Shown piece after piece: positions 1-12,679 of a DNA stretch of 64,000 bases. The notes below the pieces were generated by a model that did no database searches, was not told the origin of the DNA, and was given only the letters and a program-made list of their open reading frames with translations. Position 1 is the first letter of the stretch; each line of letters starts with the position of its first letter. Source of the stretch: Octopus bimaculoides (lineage: Eukaryota); contig NC_068985.1 of NCBI RefSeq assembly GCF_001194135.2, positions 11,029,125 to 11,093,124 on the forward strand, given 5' to 3'. The position numbers and the translations under genes are program-made.

Positions 1-139
1 ACTTCATCTTTATATTTCAGCTACAATTTACGTACTGTTAATTAATTATGAACTCTTAAAATTAAATTTATGCAAAAGAGTCTTAACTCATAATAAAGAC
101 ATTAGACATACATATACGTACGAACACAAAGAAAGTTTG

Positions 140-530
140 AAAGCATCGAATGTGGTTGGCGTTTTGCAGAGAAGAAAGTAAATTACACACGTAGTAAAGC
201 TGTTAGGAAAGCAGAAGAGGTAAAAACAATTGCTATCAGGCAGCTACGGGACTCGAATCTTCACCCCACGGGCTGGGCGCTCTAACCATTAAGGTAAATC
301 GTTCCCGATAGCAATTACCCTCAGTTTTAATGTTGAATTATATCTTTGGAATGCAATAATATCTTATAAATAAATTTCGGAGCGTCGAATGTTGTTGGTA
401 TTTTGAAGACAAGAAAGTAGATTTAGAATGCACTAAGGCTGAAAATACAACTAAGAAAGAATGAGCATTTATGCTTCTAGGACTCGAAACCGTACCCGTA
501 CAACTCACACGACGGGCTTTCAGGTTCTGT
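140..530 (-). mobile_element. Two degenerate tandem copies (~240 bp period) of a SINE-like element
   Basis: 140-225 resembles 380-450 (GCATCGAATGTGGTTGGCGTTTTGCAGAGAAGAAAGTA vs GCGTCGAATGTTGTTGGTATTTTGAAGACAAGAAAGTA). Minus strand near 245-295 has box A-like ATGGTTAGAGCG and box B-like GATTCGAGTCCC. Confidence 0.4.
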
Positions 531-709
531 TTACCAAACCCACTCCCAAGATGCTGGTCGATCTTTGGCTACAGTAGAAAACTCTTCTTGTTCAAAGTGT
601 CACATAGTGTGATTGAAATCAGAACTACGTGGTTTAGAGGTAAATTTCTTATCAGTCACGCCTCAGCGTATATGCCACGCGTGAGCCTATATTCAAAAGT
701 ATTACATTA

Positions 710-965
710 TTGATTTCAAATTTTGTCACAGGGCTAGCAACGTAGGAGGAGAGAAGTCGATTACATCGACCAAGCACTCAACTGGTACTTATTTTATCGA
801 TCCCGGAAGGATAAAAGGCAAAGTCGACCTCGGCAGAATTTGAACTCAGTGCATAAAGATGGACAAAACGCCGCTAAGTATTTTGTCCGGTATGCTAACG
901 ATTCTGCCACCTGTCCGTGTAAGAAAATATTCTTTATTACTCTAGACACAAGGCCCGAAATTTCA
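710..965 (-). mobile_element. SINE family B copy, plus tail remnant of a second copy at 930-965
   Basis: Minus-strand head GGCAGAATCGTTAGCATACCGGAC, box B GTTCAAATTC, central GAGGTCGACTTTGCCTTTTATCC..GATCGATAAAATAAGTACCAG; about a dozen similar copies in the window. Confidence 0.85.
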
Positions 966-2377
966 AAATTCCGATATTTGGCAATTTCCCGGAATCTCCG
1001 TATCCGAAAAGGTGGGTTTTGGGGAAAAAGAAAATTTAAAAAAAAACAATAATTTGCCGGAAAATGGGTGTTGGGGGAGAGGAAGTTTTTCCGAAATATC
1101 CGTACACACGTTACAGAGTAATACATATTTATTAATTTTTACAATGGAAAGTTTGAAAGCGACTTCGAAGTTTTGGTTTGCACACATAAATACTAATTAT
1201 TAGTATTTAACTAATTTATTAGAGATATTTCAATATACAAGACCCAGAATTTTGTGTATCCATCGATCAAAGATGTTGCATTTAGTCGTTGATATCTAAT
1301 CGTATGTGGACAACTAATGAGAACACCTTTTTGTGGATATACTGTCTTCGATTTTGTGTAATAATAGGACTGCATTGGAGATTATTTTGTTTTTGTCTTT
1401 TAGTAAGATAGTACATTGTTGAAGGATTAACAATGATAATAACATATTTATGATAAGTCACTATTTGTAATAAATGACTGTTATATCGTTTATTAGATTA
1501 TAACCTGAACTACGTTAGACAAATATAATGATTTTGGAATAGGAATTTGTGTCTGAACACAAATGATATTTTACACTAATTACTCACGGGAGTACTTTAT
1601 CTGTACTACATCATGAGATGAGTTACAATTACTGTCTGTATATATGTGAGCATGTGTGACTTCATATATATATGTGTGTGTGTGTATGTACCTTATGCAA
1701 TCAACGATCTTTTGCGATTATATGCAATTATTTCCTAAATTTCTAATACGGTTATTTATTCCTTACGACACCAGAAACCATTTCTCACATTAATGAACTG
1801 ACGCAACTGCTCATGAAGAGAGGAATAATCGACTGTTCTAAGCTAGTCCATGATTTATTGGGAAAATTTGGTAATAGCAGCTCTGTCAAAGCATAGCATA
1901 ACGTAATAACGTAGGAGGGATAGCCTATTACGATGTCATCTAATATATAGTGTCTTCCATACAAACTTTGAAAAGGTTTAAAATCTACTCGATGTTGGAC
2001 AGTCTTGGTCTAAGCATAAACAAGCAGAGAATATGTAAATAGTTGTACTGGATGAAAGAAAAAGCCATCCACATGAAGTTTGTTGGACGGAACTGCAGCC
2101 ATAATGTATACCGTTATTATTATTTTTTGCGGTGGTGGCTTCATGCCTGTAATTTATAACAGTTTGTCAACTTTAGTCTTTGCATTGCAAAATGGTCTCT
2201 TCCTTTACTTTTTTGTTTATTTTTCTGCTTTTGTATCACAATGCTTCAAGTAATCTGTAAGGCTCTCCTTTATCTCTTTGGTGACACCATCACAATATAC
2301 AGTCTTTCGAGAGAAGGTGAAATAATTCGGTTTTGGAAAAGTGGGTGTCAAAGCACATGATTTGGTAAAGAATGGTT

Positions 2378-2778
2378 TCAAATTTTGGCAAAATGCTAAA
2401 ATTTTTTTTTGCGGGGGACAATCGATTATATCGATCTCATTGTCCAACTGATACTTATTTTATCGACCCCAGAATGCTGAATGGCGTAGTGCACCTGCGT
2501 GGAATTTAAATACAGAAAGTAAAGACTGACGAAATTCCGCATGTCCGGCGTGCTAAAGATTCTTTTCTACTCTAATTACAAAGCCGGAAATTTTGGGGAA
2601 ACAAGGTTAAGTCGATTATATTGACCCCAGTATTCAACTGGTACTTAATTTATTGACCCTGAAAGGATGAAAGGCAAAGTCGACCTCGGCGGAATTTGAT
2701 CTCAGAACGTAACGACAAAGGAAATACCGCTAAGCATTTTGTCTGGCATGCTAAAGATTCTGCCAGCTCACCGCATTA
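2378..2778 (-). mobile_element. Head-to-tail dimer of SINE family B
   Basis: Two successive family-B bodies; the tail of the right copy (GAGTAGAAAAGAATC) is fused into the head of the left copy near 2560. Confidence 0.85.
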
Positions 2779-3938
2779 ATAATGCAATTGACAAGAGCTT
2801 GTAAACATTGGGTTGAAAAATGGTTTTGGATAGAATAATTTCAAGGATCTCCGTGCGATTTGAACCCACATCCCTTGAAGTCATTAAAGGTTTACTTCCG
2901 TGGAACACTCAATCTTTCAAATTTCTCTTTCCGTTTTAGAAACTTTACACTTATTAGCAAAATTTGTATGTTGTTGGCATCATAGCAATTTACAAACATT
3001 CTGTCATATCTACGGGTTATTCCATGTAAAGTCCCACGCGTAGTGTTCCACCTTTTCTATCCAGAAGTGTTTTTCAACCTAGTGTCCTCTGGATTCAATG
3101 TTCGAAATAAGACTTGTTTATACGTTTGAAGCATTTTTTTGACAACAGTCAAAGAGGAAAAACTGGAGAAAAATGTAGTCAAATTTATATATAAGAAGAA
3201 TCAAAACCCAGAAAACACACACACACACACACACACACTAACACATACGTAAGTACATATCAACAGGAAAAAAGAGAAACTATTAAAGACTTTGGTAACT
3301 TTCATAAATTAGAAGCGCTTGCGTATGGTCGGTGTATACATTAAAATAAATTACCCCACAAACAGCCTTCCTAAGGCCAATTCTAAAATGCTCTCCCTTC
3401 TCTCCCAAATTTATAATTGCAACATTAGGACAGGAACATTTCCACAAGAAGATAAAGGTTATTCATTGTGAGTTGTTTATAGAATATAACAAAGAAATGT
3501 GGCCCGTCCGAAATAGACAAAACTTTTGTTGGCATATATTCCTCAGTATTTGATGCGATTTCTAAGTCGTTAGTTGTGGCTGTCATAAAAGGTGGCACAA
3601 GATGCGAAAGTTTATCTCTTGGTTTCCCTTGTATTATTTATATTCTTGAATAATTGTATCTTTAATATACGATCTTTAATATACTTGTTAAAAGATTTGG
3701 TATACATACATACGCCTTTGTATGTGTGTATTCTGCATAAACATATATATGTGTGTGTTCTGCATAAACATATATCTCTTCCAAATTTACCTCTTTATAT
3801 GCTAATATGAACATACATAGATACATACATACATACATACATACATACATACATACATACATACATGAGGCTTGGAAGCAACCCTTGTCTGATAACCTTA
3901 AATACATGTCCAAAGTAGTTGCTCGACTCTCCCGCAAC

Positions 3939-3995
<57 letters not shown>

Positions 3996-4702
3996 ATGTA
4001 TGTATGTATGTATAGAAGTTCTTTTCCTTTTCCTGTATATTCAACTGTTTTCTCTTAATATCTTTTGACTTGTAATCCAAATGAGTGTCAGTTTTTGTTT
4101 TTCTAATTCTTTTCCTTGAGTGAAATCGTACTACATTTGATAAGCCATAGGTAAATATGAGTTCCTTCACTTCAAATCGGATTGCAGCGAAATGCAAAGA
4201 ATCCTTATATGCCTTATATGCTTTCCGGATTCTATCACACTTCTTTTTAGTTATGTTCAAAGCAGCGCTGGTTGTGTGATATCACGTGGTTATACTTAGC
4301 TTTAGAGATGCATGAGCCGTGAGATGTTATAAATTGTACAGCGCAACTAATATGTTCTCTTTGTAAAACCGATGTGTCTGTTTACTTGTGTTTGTTCTCT
4401 TACCTAGAAGTTCCGATACCAACCTGTACTTGTAGACGTTTCTATACGTCATCACACATTCTTAAAGTTTTACAAGCGCTTGACCGAAATGTTTGTATCA
4501 ATATAATATCTCCGCTGTTTGGCTGTTGCTATCTATGCAAACAAAAAAAGTCATATCTCTAGTTTGTAGTGTTCGTTGATAGATAACGTACCGACATCAA
4601 TCGATGTTGCTAAAAAATATCAGCCAAATCTTCGTTCACTAACAACATTTCACTAACTAATTCGATAATGAGTTATGCACCTAAATTTTAGAAACAGATA
4701 AC

Positions 4703-4826
4703 ATGAAACCAATTAGATTAAGCTTCTTCTTGATTTGCTCCATTGTGACCATAAATTTTACATACGGACATTTCAGACGGCATGGTCACAACTGGAAAAT
4801 TCCCACTGAACGTATACTCAATTTGG
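4703..4826 (+). CDS. Candidate first coding exon of a secreted protein (unvalidated)
   Basis: TTTTAG acceptor just upstream of ATG; encodes MKPIRLSFFLICSIVTINFTYGHFRRHGHNWKIPTERILNL (basic, then hydrophobic, small residue at a possible cleavage site); phase-1 donor G|GTACGT. No family recognised. Confidence 0.35.
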
Positions 4827-5411
4827 GTACGTGTGATAAAAATGCAAAAACACAAATACGTCCCTAATTATATTGTCAGCCTCTGAAGGTATTTTAAACT
4901 ATTAACTATTATAATCACGACCATCTCAAACAAGAGTTGTTTTCCTACGCACCCACGTGTTGCAGGTTGTTTTTATTTTAGCATATTTTGCTTTTTTTTT
5001 GTGTAACCTATGGCATTCCAAATTTTTAGAACTTCCAATAAGACAAAGTCACGATAATTTAATATAGAAATAGATTTTTAGAAAGCAAAACATTCTCGAC
5101 GCCGCAATTAGTATTTCGTTATCTCACCGTTGATTATATATTCTGCTCTATGATAAGGAAGAGAATCGTTTAGGCATTTTATTTAACTTTTGCGAGAAAA
5201 TAGAAATATGTTCATTAATATGATTAGATATTGTTTCTTTTGCTTTGTCTTTGTATTTAGTCAGCGAGTTTCCTGATACGAATTCGAATGTGGAAACAAA
5301 TCTTTTGCCTTGGGAGGGTTATTACACCAATGCAAATAACATTCCTTCATTATGAGTCAATTGGTTAAATATCTAACCAATTAACTAATCGAGATGATTA
5401 GGTTGTTTAAG

Positions 5412-5700
5412 GTGCTGAAGGCGCATGGCTCAATGATTACAATGTCGGGCTCACAATAATGAGGTATTGAGTTCGATTCCCGGAGCGGGCTGTGTGATAT
5501 GACCTTGAGTGAGACACGTTGCTTCAGATCAATCGCTCTGTGATCACTTCGACATCTGATGTGTTATAGACTGTGTAACCTTTCCAGACAACGCCAGTTT
5601 GATGCAGAGAATGAACTTAATGGAGAGTACAAATAGCTGATCATCGCTAAAACCAAATCATTTATACAGGTTGACCTGCAAGGAACTGTAGAACATCTTT
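5412..5700 (+). mobile_element. Degenerate tRNA-headed CORE-type SINE (family C-related)
   Basis: GGCGCATGGCTCAATGATTA...GAGTTCGATTCCCGG head followed by CORE-like GACCTTGAGTGAGACAC. Confidence 0.6.
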
Positions 5701-6334
5701 CTCAGACTGCAAGAGACTACGATCCTCATCTCTTGGTAATCAAAATAAGAGCGATATTCTGCGGCCAAATCATTAACAGCGTAATCTCTTCAATAGATAA
5801 TTTACCTCGTATACAAAGAAATAAATAAATAAAACAGCAACCGATACTGTCCGTTTTATTTCCTGCGCTGTTATTTATATCTGGCTTATATTTTTGTTTT
5901 CATGCATTCATATTTGCCTTCATACTATCTGTTTATATATTTATATAAGGTTTTGTTTCTGTGGCCATTTGTGAAAGCTTTTTTTTTTGTATCATCACAT
6001 TTGATAAGTTTGCTATTTTGATTTTTTTTTTAATGTTTTACTATATACAGACTAGTTGCTTTGTTACCTGACTTTTTATGACTTAATGCCAGCTTTTCCT
6101 GTTGTCACTTGAGTTGCTATCTACAATAGCTAGTATCCACGATTATTAATTTATGTTACATTGATATTACTATACGTATGCCGTTTATTACATTAACTTT
6201 TCTCTCTCTCTTTGTAAACGCTAGTTTTGTTACGATACTCAAAGCTTAAGAGGTATTATCTGTATGTATTAGATTGTTTGTTTTTGTAATATATTTTCAT
6301 ACTTTACATTAAAGATAGATTAGTATAGCAACAG

Positions 6335-6808
6335 ACTTGAGGTAGTAAGTTTTTTTTACTTGAATTTCTTTGTTCTGGATCCGGGCTCATTCCCACTGCG
6401 TGGCACCTTGGGCAAGTGTTTTCTACTATAGCTTCTGTCCGACCAAAGCCTTGTGAATGGATTTGGTAGACGGAAACTGAAAGAAGCTCGTCGTATATAT
6501 ACATATATATATNNNNNNNNNNNNNNNNNNNNNNNNNNNNNNNNNNNNNNNNNNNNNNNNNNNNNNNNTATATATATATATATATATTCATGTGTGTGTA
6601 TATATTTGTGTGTCTGTGTTTGTTCCCACAACATCGTTTACGTCCCTCTAACGTAGCGGTTTGGCCAAAATAATTCGATACAATAAGTACTAGGCTTACA
6701 AAGAATAAGTCCTGGGGTGGATTTGCTCAACTAAAAGCAGTGCTGCAGCATGGCCGCAGTCAATGGACAGAAGCAAGTAAAAGAGGAAAAGAATAAAAAA
6801 TAAGAGTA
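6335..6808 (+). mobile_element. SINE family A (tRNA head, CORE-like segment, internal TA/GT microsatellite, tail)
   Basis: CCCACTGCGTGGCACCTTGGGCAAGTG...GGAAACTGAAAGAAGC, (TA)n/gap, then GAATAAGTCCTGGGG...CAGCATGGCCGCAGTC; matches eight other copies. Confidence 0.9.
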
Positions 6809-7162
6809 GTCACGTAATCATTTCATTTCACGTTCGGGATTGATTCCAGGTTTACTTAATGAAATTTCCAAAGTCAGAATATGTTTTCATAGCAAAAGCA
6901 ATATTGATATCCTGTTATTATATAGTCATAAGCCCACTACAATTACATTTGGGTTAACACAAACCAGTCTTAACCGAGCAATCAGGTGAAACATAGCCAG
7001 TCACCTCAGTAATGTGACACAACTAAGAAATCCATCTTCACCACTTGTATAAGTTAAATTCAACGCTTAGTTCAGAAACATATGATAATATCCGATACAC
7101 AGTGTTGAATTGAATATAGTGCAGAGGAAATCATGACATATTGCAATCTTTTCATTGTCCAG

Positions 7163-7333
7163 TAATTTTATCTACGATAGTATATCCTAATGGTAGCTTT
7201 CAGTTGTCTAAGAGCAAGGTAGTAGATGCTTCTTTCCAAATTTTGTGGATGATCAGCGTTCCAGGACAGAGCTGGAGTTTGAAACAAGCAAATCCAATAA
7301 ATGTGGAAAGCTATTTTCCGTGCATGTGTTCAT
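7163..7333 (+). CDS. Candidate internal exon, phase 1-1 (unvalidated)
   Basis: Acceptor CTTTTCATTGTCCAG; 171 nt open frame (VILSTIVYPNGSFQLSKSKVVDASFQILWMISVPGQSWSLKQANPINVESYFPCMCS); donor T|GTACGT; phase-compatible with 4703-4826. Confidence 0.25.
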
Positions 7334-7399
7334 GTACGTATATGTGACTAAACGTTCTAATAGGGAGCAATAAGGATTTTAGAATTCTCTGGTACTATC

Positions 7400-7740
7400 T
7401 GGGCATGCTATAATCAATCCTCAGATTTTGAAGTGGGTTTTTTTTATAGCTCTGGCAGCAATAGTCGGTCTTGTACCATGCTGAGGGTGACATGGTCTTT
7501 GACACCCTGCCTGTCAAAGTATTCTTTCTGTTTCATTTCTGCATGTATAGTCTGTGTACAACCTGTCATAAGGCGTAAGGTGCTCTGTCGTGTTCATTGA
7601 AATCTGAGGTGTGCAGTAGAATTGTTGGGTGCGCCTGTCATGATCGTGGGGTATGACAAAGGCCGACAATTCATGCCTGTCATCATCCATGATTAATATG
7701 GCTTATGTACTCTATACCATTGGTGTTTATTAATGTTGGT
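7400..7740 (-). pseudogene. Degenerate non-LTR retrotransposon fragment (I/Jockey-like, post-RT region)
   Basis: Minus frame gives TLRLMTGCTQTIHAEMK...VKDHVTL, resembling the ALRIATGC...LHxETKxLPxKDHL pattern I recall for I-group LINEs. Confidence 0.4.
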
Positions 7741-7987
7741 CAAATGTGGCATCTGTGATCGATACAGTTTGATTTTGGTTCCTTTCTCTCTGCTTTTCTC
7801 ATGCGCAAAATATACAAATCCTGGCCCAAGGCCGTACCAAGTGGCGGTATTCCATCAACATAAGAATTAAACATTTTCGAAGCTACCAGATATGTCAGGT
7901 TTTCCGTTGTTTTTTCATTTAATCCTGAAAAAAAATATATATGTATGCATGTTGTATGTGTATGTGTGTAGTGTGTGTTTATATGAC

Positions 7988-8020
<33 letters not shown>

Positions 8021-8499
8021 TGTGTGTGTATGTGTGTGTGTGTCTGTGTGTGTGTATGTGTGTGTGTGTGTGTGTGTGAATGCGTGTGTGCAGTATGTAG
8101 TATATTGCTATTATCAGATCAGTGTAAGAATTTAGGTTCTGAGAGTTTTGCTTCATATCAATGTTTGCTTATTTATCGTGTTTTCCTAATTAACATTTTT
8201 TATAGATATAAATTACTATTAACGTACATAGCGTTATTATCTGAGTCTCTATTTAATTAAAGTTACTAATTAAAAAGAAACTATACTACCTGTTATAAAT
8301 CCTACAGCACTGGTAGATGTGTTTTTATGTGCAGTGCATCATGTCAACTCAGGTGAGGTAGCTGAATGCTTAATCAATGACTCTCGTTTATTTTATTTTA
8401 TTTTATATATTCATGTTTAATTTTATTTTTGTTCTTTATATGTAAGGTAATGTACGTATGATTCCATAGCAGTAAGTAGTCCAATGGAAATTTGACTGT

Positions 8500-8800
8500 A
8501 ATTGCTAAGATATGAAATAACCGCGTAAGGGATAAATGCCTGATTCTGGCATGCAATGACTAGCAACCTTAGCTGTTTCAGGTGACCTTGAATCATGGAT
8601 GATATGAAGCATGCTTTGTTTCAATGTAAAACTTTATGCAGATAGCATTCTAGAGAAAATAGCTGTCTGACAGAGGTTGTGTACAAAGCATGTTGTATGT
8701 TATCGGCAGGGAAACCACTTGGAGGTGATTCGAGTACATTGATCTATTTTCCTTGGTCTAGGTAGATTGTTGGAAACTTCAAAGAACCAAAATATTGTAG
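8500..8800 (+). pseudogene. Highly degenerate Tx1/L1 C-terminal zinc-knuckle fragment
   Basis: Broken frames give VRDK and DDMKHALFQC, paralleling VRDKL...ETVLHAIVQC in the 16.7 kb copy. Confidence 0.35.
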
Positions 8801-9167
8801 TATAGATATATTTGATAATTTCCTTTCAACATCCTTTTTCCCAATATTTTTTCATTGACGAGACCTTTTCTTCATGTAATTTATAAATATTTAATTTTCT
8901 TATGAATTGTCTGTCATTAATATTTAATGCATACATTTCAGTTATGTATTCGTTTCTACATTGTCTCAATACAAAGGCCAGCTCATTTTCTCCTCCTGAA
9001 CAAGTTTTTCGAGAACAATATTTTTAACTAGGACAGAGTGTATGAATTAACGTTATTTTTAGAATTATTTTCTGGTACTAAAAGACACATTAAATATTCT
9101 ATGCCTTGTGTATATGATGTTTGTTGTCGCCTATTGTGGTCTTGTTTTATTACTTTTTCTTCATCCT

Positions 9168-9201
<34 letters not shown>

Positions 9202-9419
9202 CTTATTCTTGCATTATTCAAGCAATGTCTTAACCTATGTTTATATAGATTTGCATTTTAGCATAATAATATATCTCAAGAGGTAGTACACACATTTTCA
9301 GACGATGGAAGTAGGTCAATGTGTTGATTCTATATCGTTAAAATAACATTTCTCTTTTACGTGATTGAGAATCAGCAATAATTCGAAGTTGAAAATTAAC
9401 TAACAATGATGTACTTTTT

Positions 9420-9880
9420 AATTGAAATCATTTCTACATCCTTCGAAAATACACTGATTAAAATGATTAATGTCACTGAGATTGTTATCTACAACTACTC
9501 CTAGGTCCCTGATATTATTTGATGCTGTGAGAGGTTTCCCTAAAGGAAGAGAGTATTGTTGTTTTAGCATAGTCTTTTTATCCAAACTGCATCGCCTCAA
9601 ATTTTCCCTCGTTTACTTGAATTTTCTTTTTGTCTGCCCATTAACTCAGCGTATGTAAATCAGACTGGAGTTGAGTTCGGTCTTCTTCTTGGTTGATGAT
9701 TTTCTTGAGTTTGGTGTCATCAGCAACTATTTTCCCTTTGCTTGTTTTGCGACGTGGTAAAGATCTTTTATATAGATTATGAAGAGGAGCTGGCCCAAGA
9801 CAGTCCCCTTAGGGACACCATTGGTGACTTTTCCATCGACAGTCCCCTTAGGGATACCATTGCTGACTTTTCCATCGAAA
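9420..9880 (-). pseudogene. CR1/L2-group LINE reverse transcriptase fragment
   Basis: GVPKGTVLGQLLFIIYIKDL, ADDTKLKKII..DRTQLQSDL..L*W and IRDLGVVVDNNLS motifs; stops and frameshifts; 39-bp tandem duplication at 9801-9878. Confidence 0.85.
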
Positions 9881-10134
9881 ATGCTCGTTTTTGTTAACTT
9901 GACATTCCATTTTAATGATCTGAAAATAAACAAAATTAACTAAAATTAACTAGAAAAAAAAAAAATAGATTCCAAAATGATTCAAAGATAGCATTCTCGA
10001 AAAAAATAGATTCCAAAATTTAAAAACGCAATAAATTCCAAAACAACGGCGGGAACTTAGTTGCTAACCTAATATAATAACAGATATATATTTTTTTTTT
10101 TATCGAAAATGCGATGAGGATAAGAATAAACATT

Positions 10135-11170
10135 CTTTAGTATAATCTTATTAAAACCACTTTCAGTTTCAACAGCCACTTCTATATGAGATCTAAATCA
10201 TCTATATACTCGAATCAAGTGGTCCTACTTCATTTTGGACATTACTCTGACTATGGCAACTCTCAAAGAATCTTTGGTGTTATGGGTGTGTTCATTGTCC
10301 TTTCTCCCAACAACACTCCACATGTAATAGTCCAATGGATCGAGATCTGGTGAATTAGGAGACCAAATGTTAGGGGTTATGTGATCATGGAAATTTTCAG
10401 CAATCCATTCCTGTGTTACTAGAGCCATGTGTGATAGCGCAGACTCTTACTGAAACACATGACCTTCCCTTGTATACACTGCCTATCCAGGGATTAACAA
10501 TTATTTCCAGCATCTCAATGTAGGCGGTAGAGTTAACTATAAGGCCTTATGGAAAGAAGTAAGGAGGCATCACATGTCCTTCATTGCTGACAACCCCTAA
10601 AACCATGCCAGTTCCAGGGAATTTTGTATGCATAACACTTGGAACTTCAGAAGGGTCTGCACATAACCATCTGTCATTTCTTCTGTTTACTTTTTGAGCT
10701 TTGTCGACGTTTTTCTTGTTAGAGAAAAAACAAATCAAATCTTCTTCTGCTGGATTTTTCAGTTTGTTTAAGAGCCTTTTTTGATCTGATGTAGGGATTT
10801 TCTTTTGCTTTTTTTCTGACAAATTGACTTTTCTTCATCATATAAGACAACATTTCCGACTGTTTCTTCCTTACAAACGGAATTTTTTGCAATTGACCTC
10901 ATGGACTTTCTGAGATTGTAATCAATGGTTTGTTGAACTTGTTGGATTATTCAGGTGGTCTGATGATTTCAGAGTGTTGATAATGCTTTTTATGCTTTGA
11001 TACTGGTGATATGTTTCCATCTTTAGTCTCTAGCTCCTTACAAATTTTGTAGACGAAAGATCTGGCAACTTTTAAAAATCGAGATATTTCTAAATCGCTA
11101 TGCTCAGCCTTTATAACCACAATAACAGCATGCGTCTTCAATTCTTGTGCAAGCTGTGCGTCTGCCATTA
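10135..11170 (-). pseudogene. Decayed Tc1/mariner-superfamily transposase (maT/DD37D-like)
   Basis: ORF pieces ARSFVYKI (HTH), VNRRNDRWL..VMHTKFP..MVLGVVSNEGHVMPPYFF, WSPNSPDLDPLDYYMW and RFRSHIEVAV; several stops and frameshifts; TIRs not resolved. Confidence 0.9.
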
Positions 11171-12638
11171 TTATTTTCTGAAACAAGGATTATACAGAGT
11201 TAGCAAAAAATGCAGGAACGACCCGAAAAATGTACCATCTATANNNNNNNNNNNNNNNNNNNNNNNTATATATGATTATATACACAGCTGCGTGTTTTGA
11301 AAATGCGAGTGTGGCTTTTAGATGAAGACTATCTCAGTGAAATGAGTAAACATATTGTTTACAGTGCAACTTACAAGAAATATCTCTATCTATCTATCTT
11401 TCTTTCTTATACATGTGCTCGTGTCTATGTATTAGTGTGATTGTGCGCGCGTGTGTGTGTGTTTGTGTATTTGTGTAATGCTACATTATTAATAAATCTT
11501 TCATTTTTTATGATATATTCTTCAGCAAGACTTTTGATAAATGATCTTTCACAATCACAATGAAAAAGAAGTGCTATTTTTGACGTCATATGGTCTTATG
11601 TGTTAGATTATATCTATTTTTGCTTTCAAATTTTACACAATATTTTTTTCGACTGCGTTTACGTTTTTAGATATATTCAGTTTGTAAGGTTCATATATTC
11701 TTTTTCTTTTTTTTAGTATCACTAAAAAGCCTTGTTATGATTTCTACTTGACACAGTCACTTTTTAACCATATTGGACGTCTGAAATATTCGCAATATCC
11801 CTACCTGATAAATATTATTTCACGCTAAGTGACCTTGTATTTATGTAAATGAGCTGTGGAACTATTGAATAATATTGTATTAATAAATTGGTAAATGAGA
11901 TTATTTTAAGACTTCACTGAATTATAATAAGTATATGTGTATAAGCGATATAAATAGAACTTCTTCGTGAATTAAAAGCACTGAAGATGCATAATCGATT
12001 TTCTACATTTATTTACCTTTATTTCGCTCTCATTAGAGATATCAACATCATTGTTGCATAGAAATAAAAAGCAATCTGTTTACATAGACAATAAATCCAG
12101 TAACTTCAAAGAAAAGGGGCTAGTAATTTGCATATCATAAGTGTTGAACACATTAATTAATACCAGTGACTGGGAAGATTAAAGCAGTTGTATTTTCAAC
12201 GGAACCATAGTATACTAAATGGTATATTTTTGGAATAGTAATTATAGATACGACATAATAAGCACCATAATATATGCTATTAGTACTTTATTATTGTTGT
12301 CCATATTATATGCATTTGACTCATGGCATAAACATTTACAGTTTAGTTATTCATTTCTTTGTAATTTATGAAATATCATTTGATATTGTTCGTGAACATC
12401 TGTGCAGTTATATATAATTGGTGCTTAAGTTTCTAAACTTAATCTGAAGCCTATTCCCTATGTGAATTTAGCACAAGTAACTTCTTTGCCGAAACAACAC
12501 GCGAACACATACATACAAGCACACATACATTTCTCCCTTTTCATCTATGCTTATGTGTAAGTGTACGCATTTAAAATAATATGTATCTGCTTTACTGTCA
12601 GCTTGTGCGGACAAGCATATACATACATAAATACATAT

Positions 12639-12679
<41 letters not shown>

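Noticed and set aside
6870-7050. Possible GIY-YIG endonuclease remnant
   Set aside because: Only a vague FGLTQTSLNR match; too weak to support.
7364-7600. Plus-strand open frame (FSGTIWACYNQSS...) as a third exon
   Set aside because: It is not phase-compatible with the preceding candidate and lies antisense to a probable LINE fragment.
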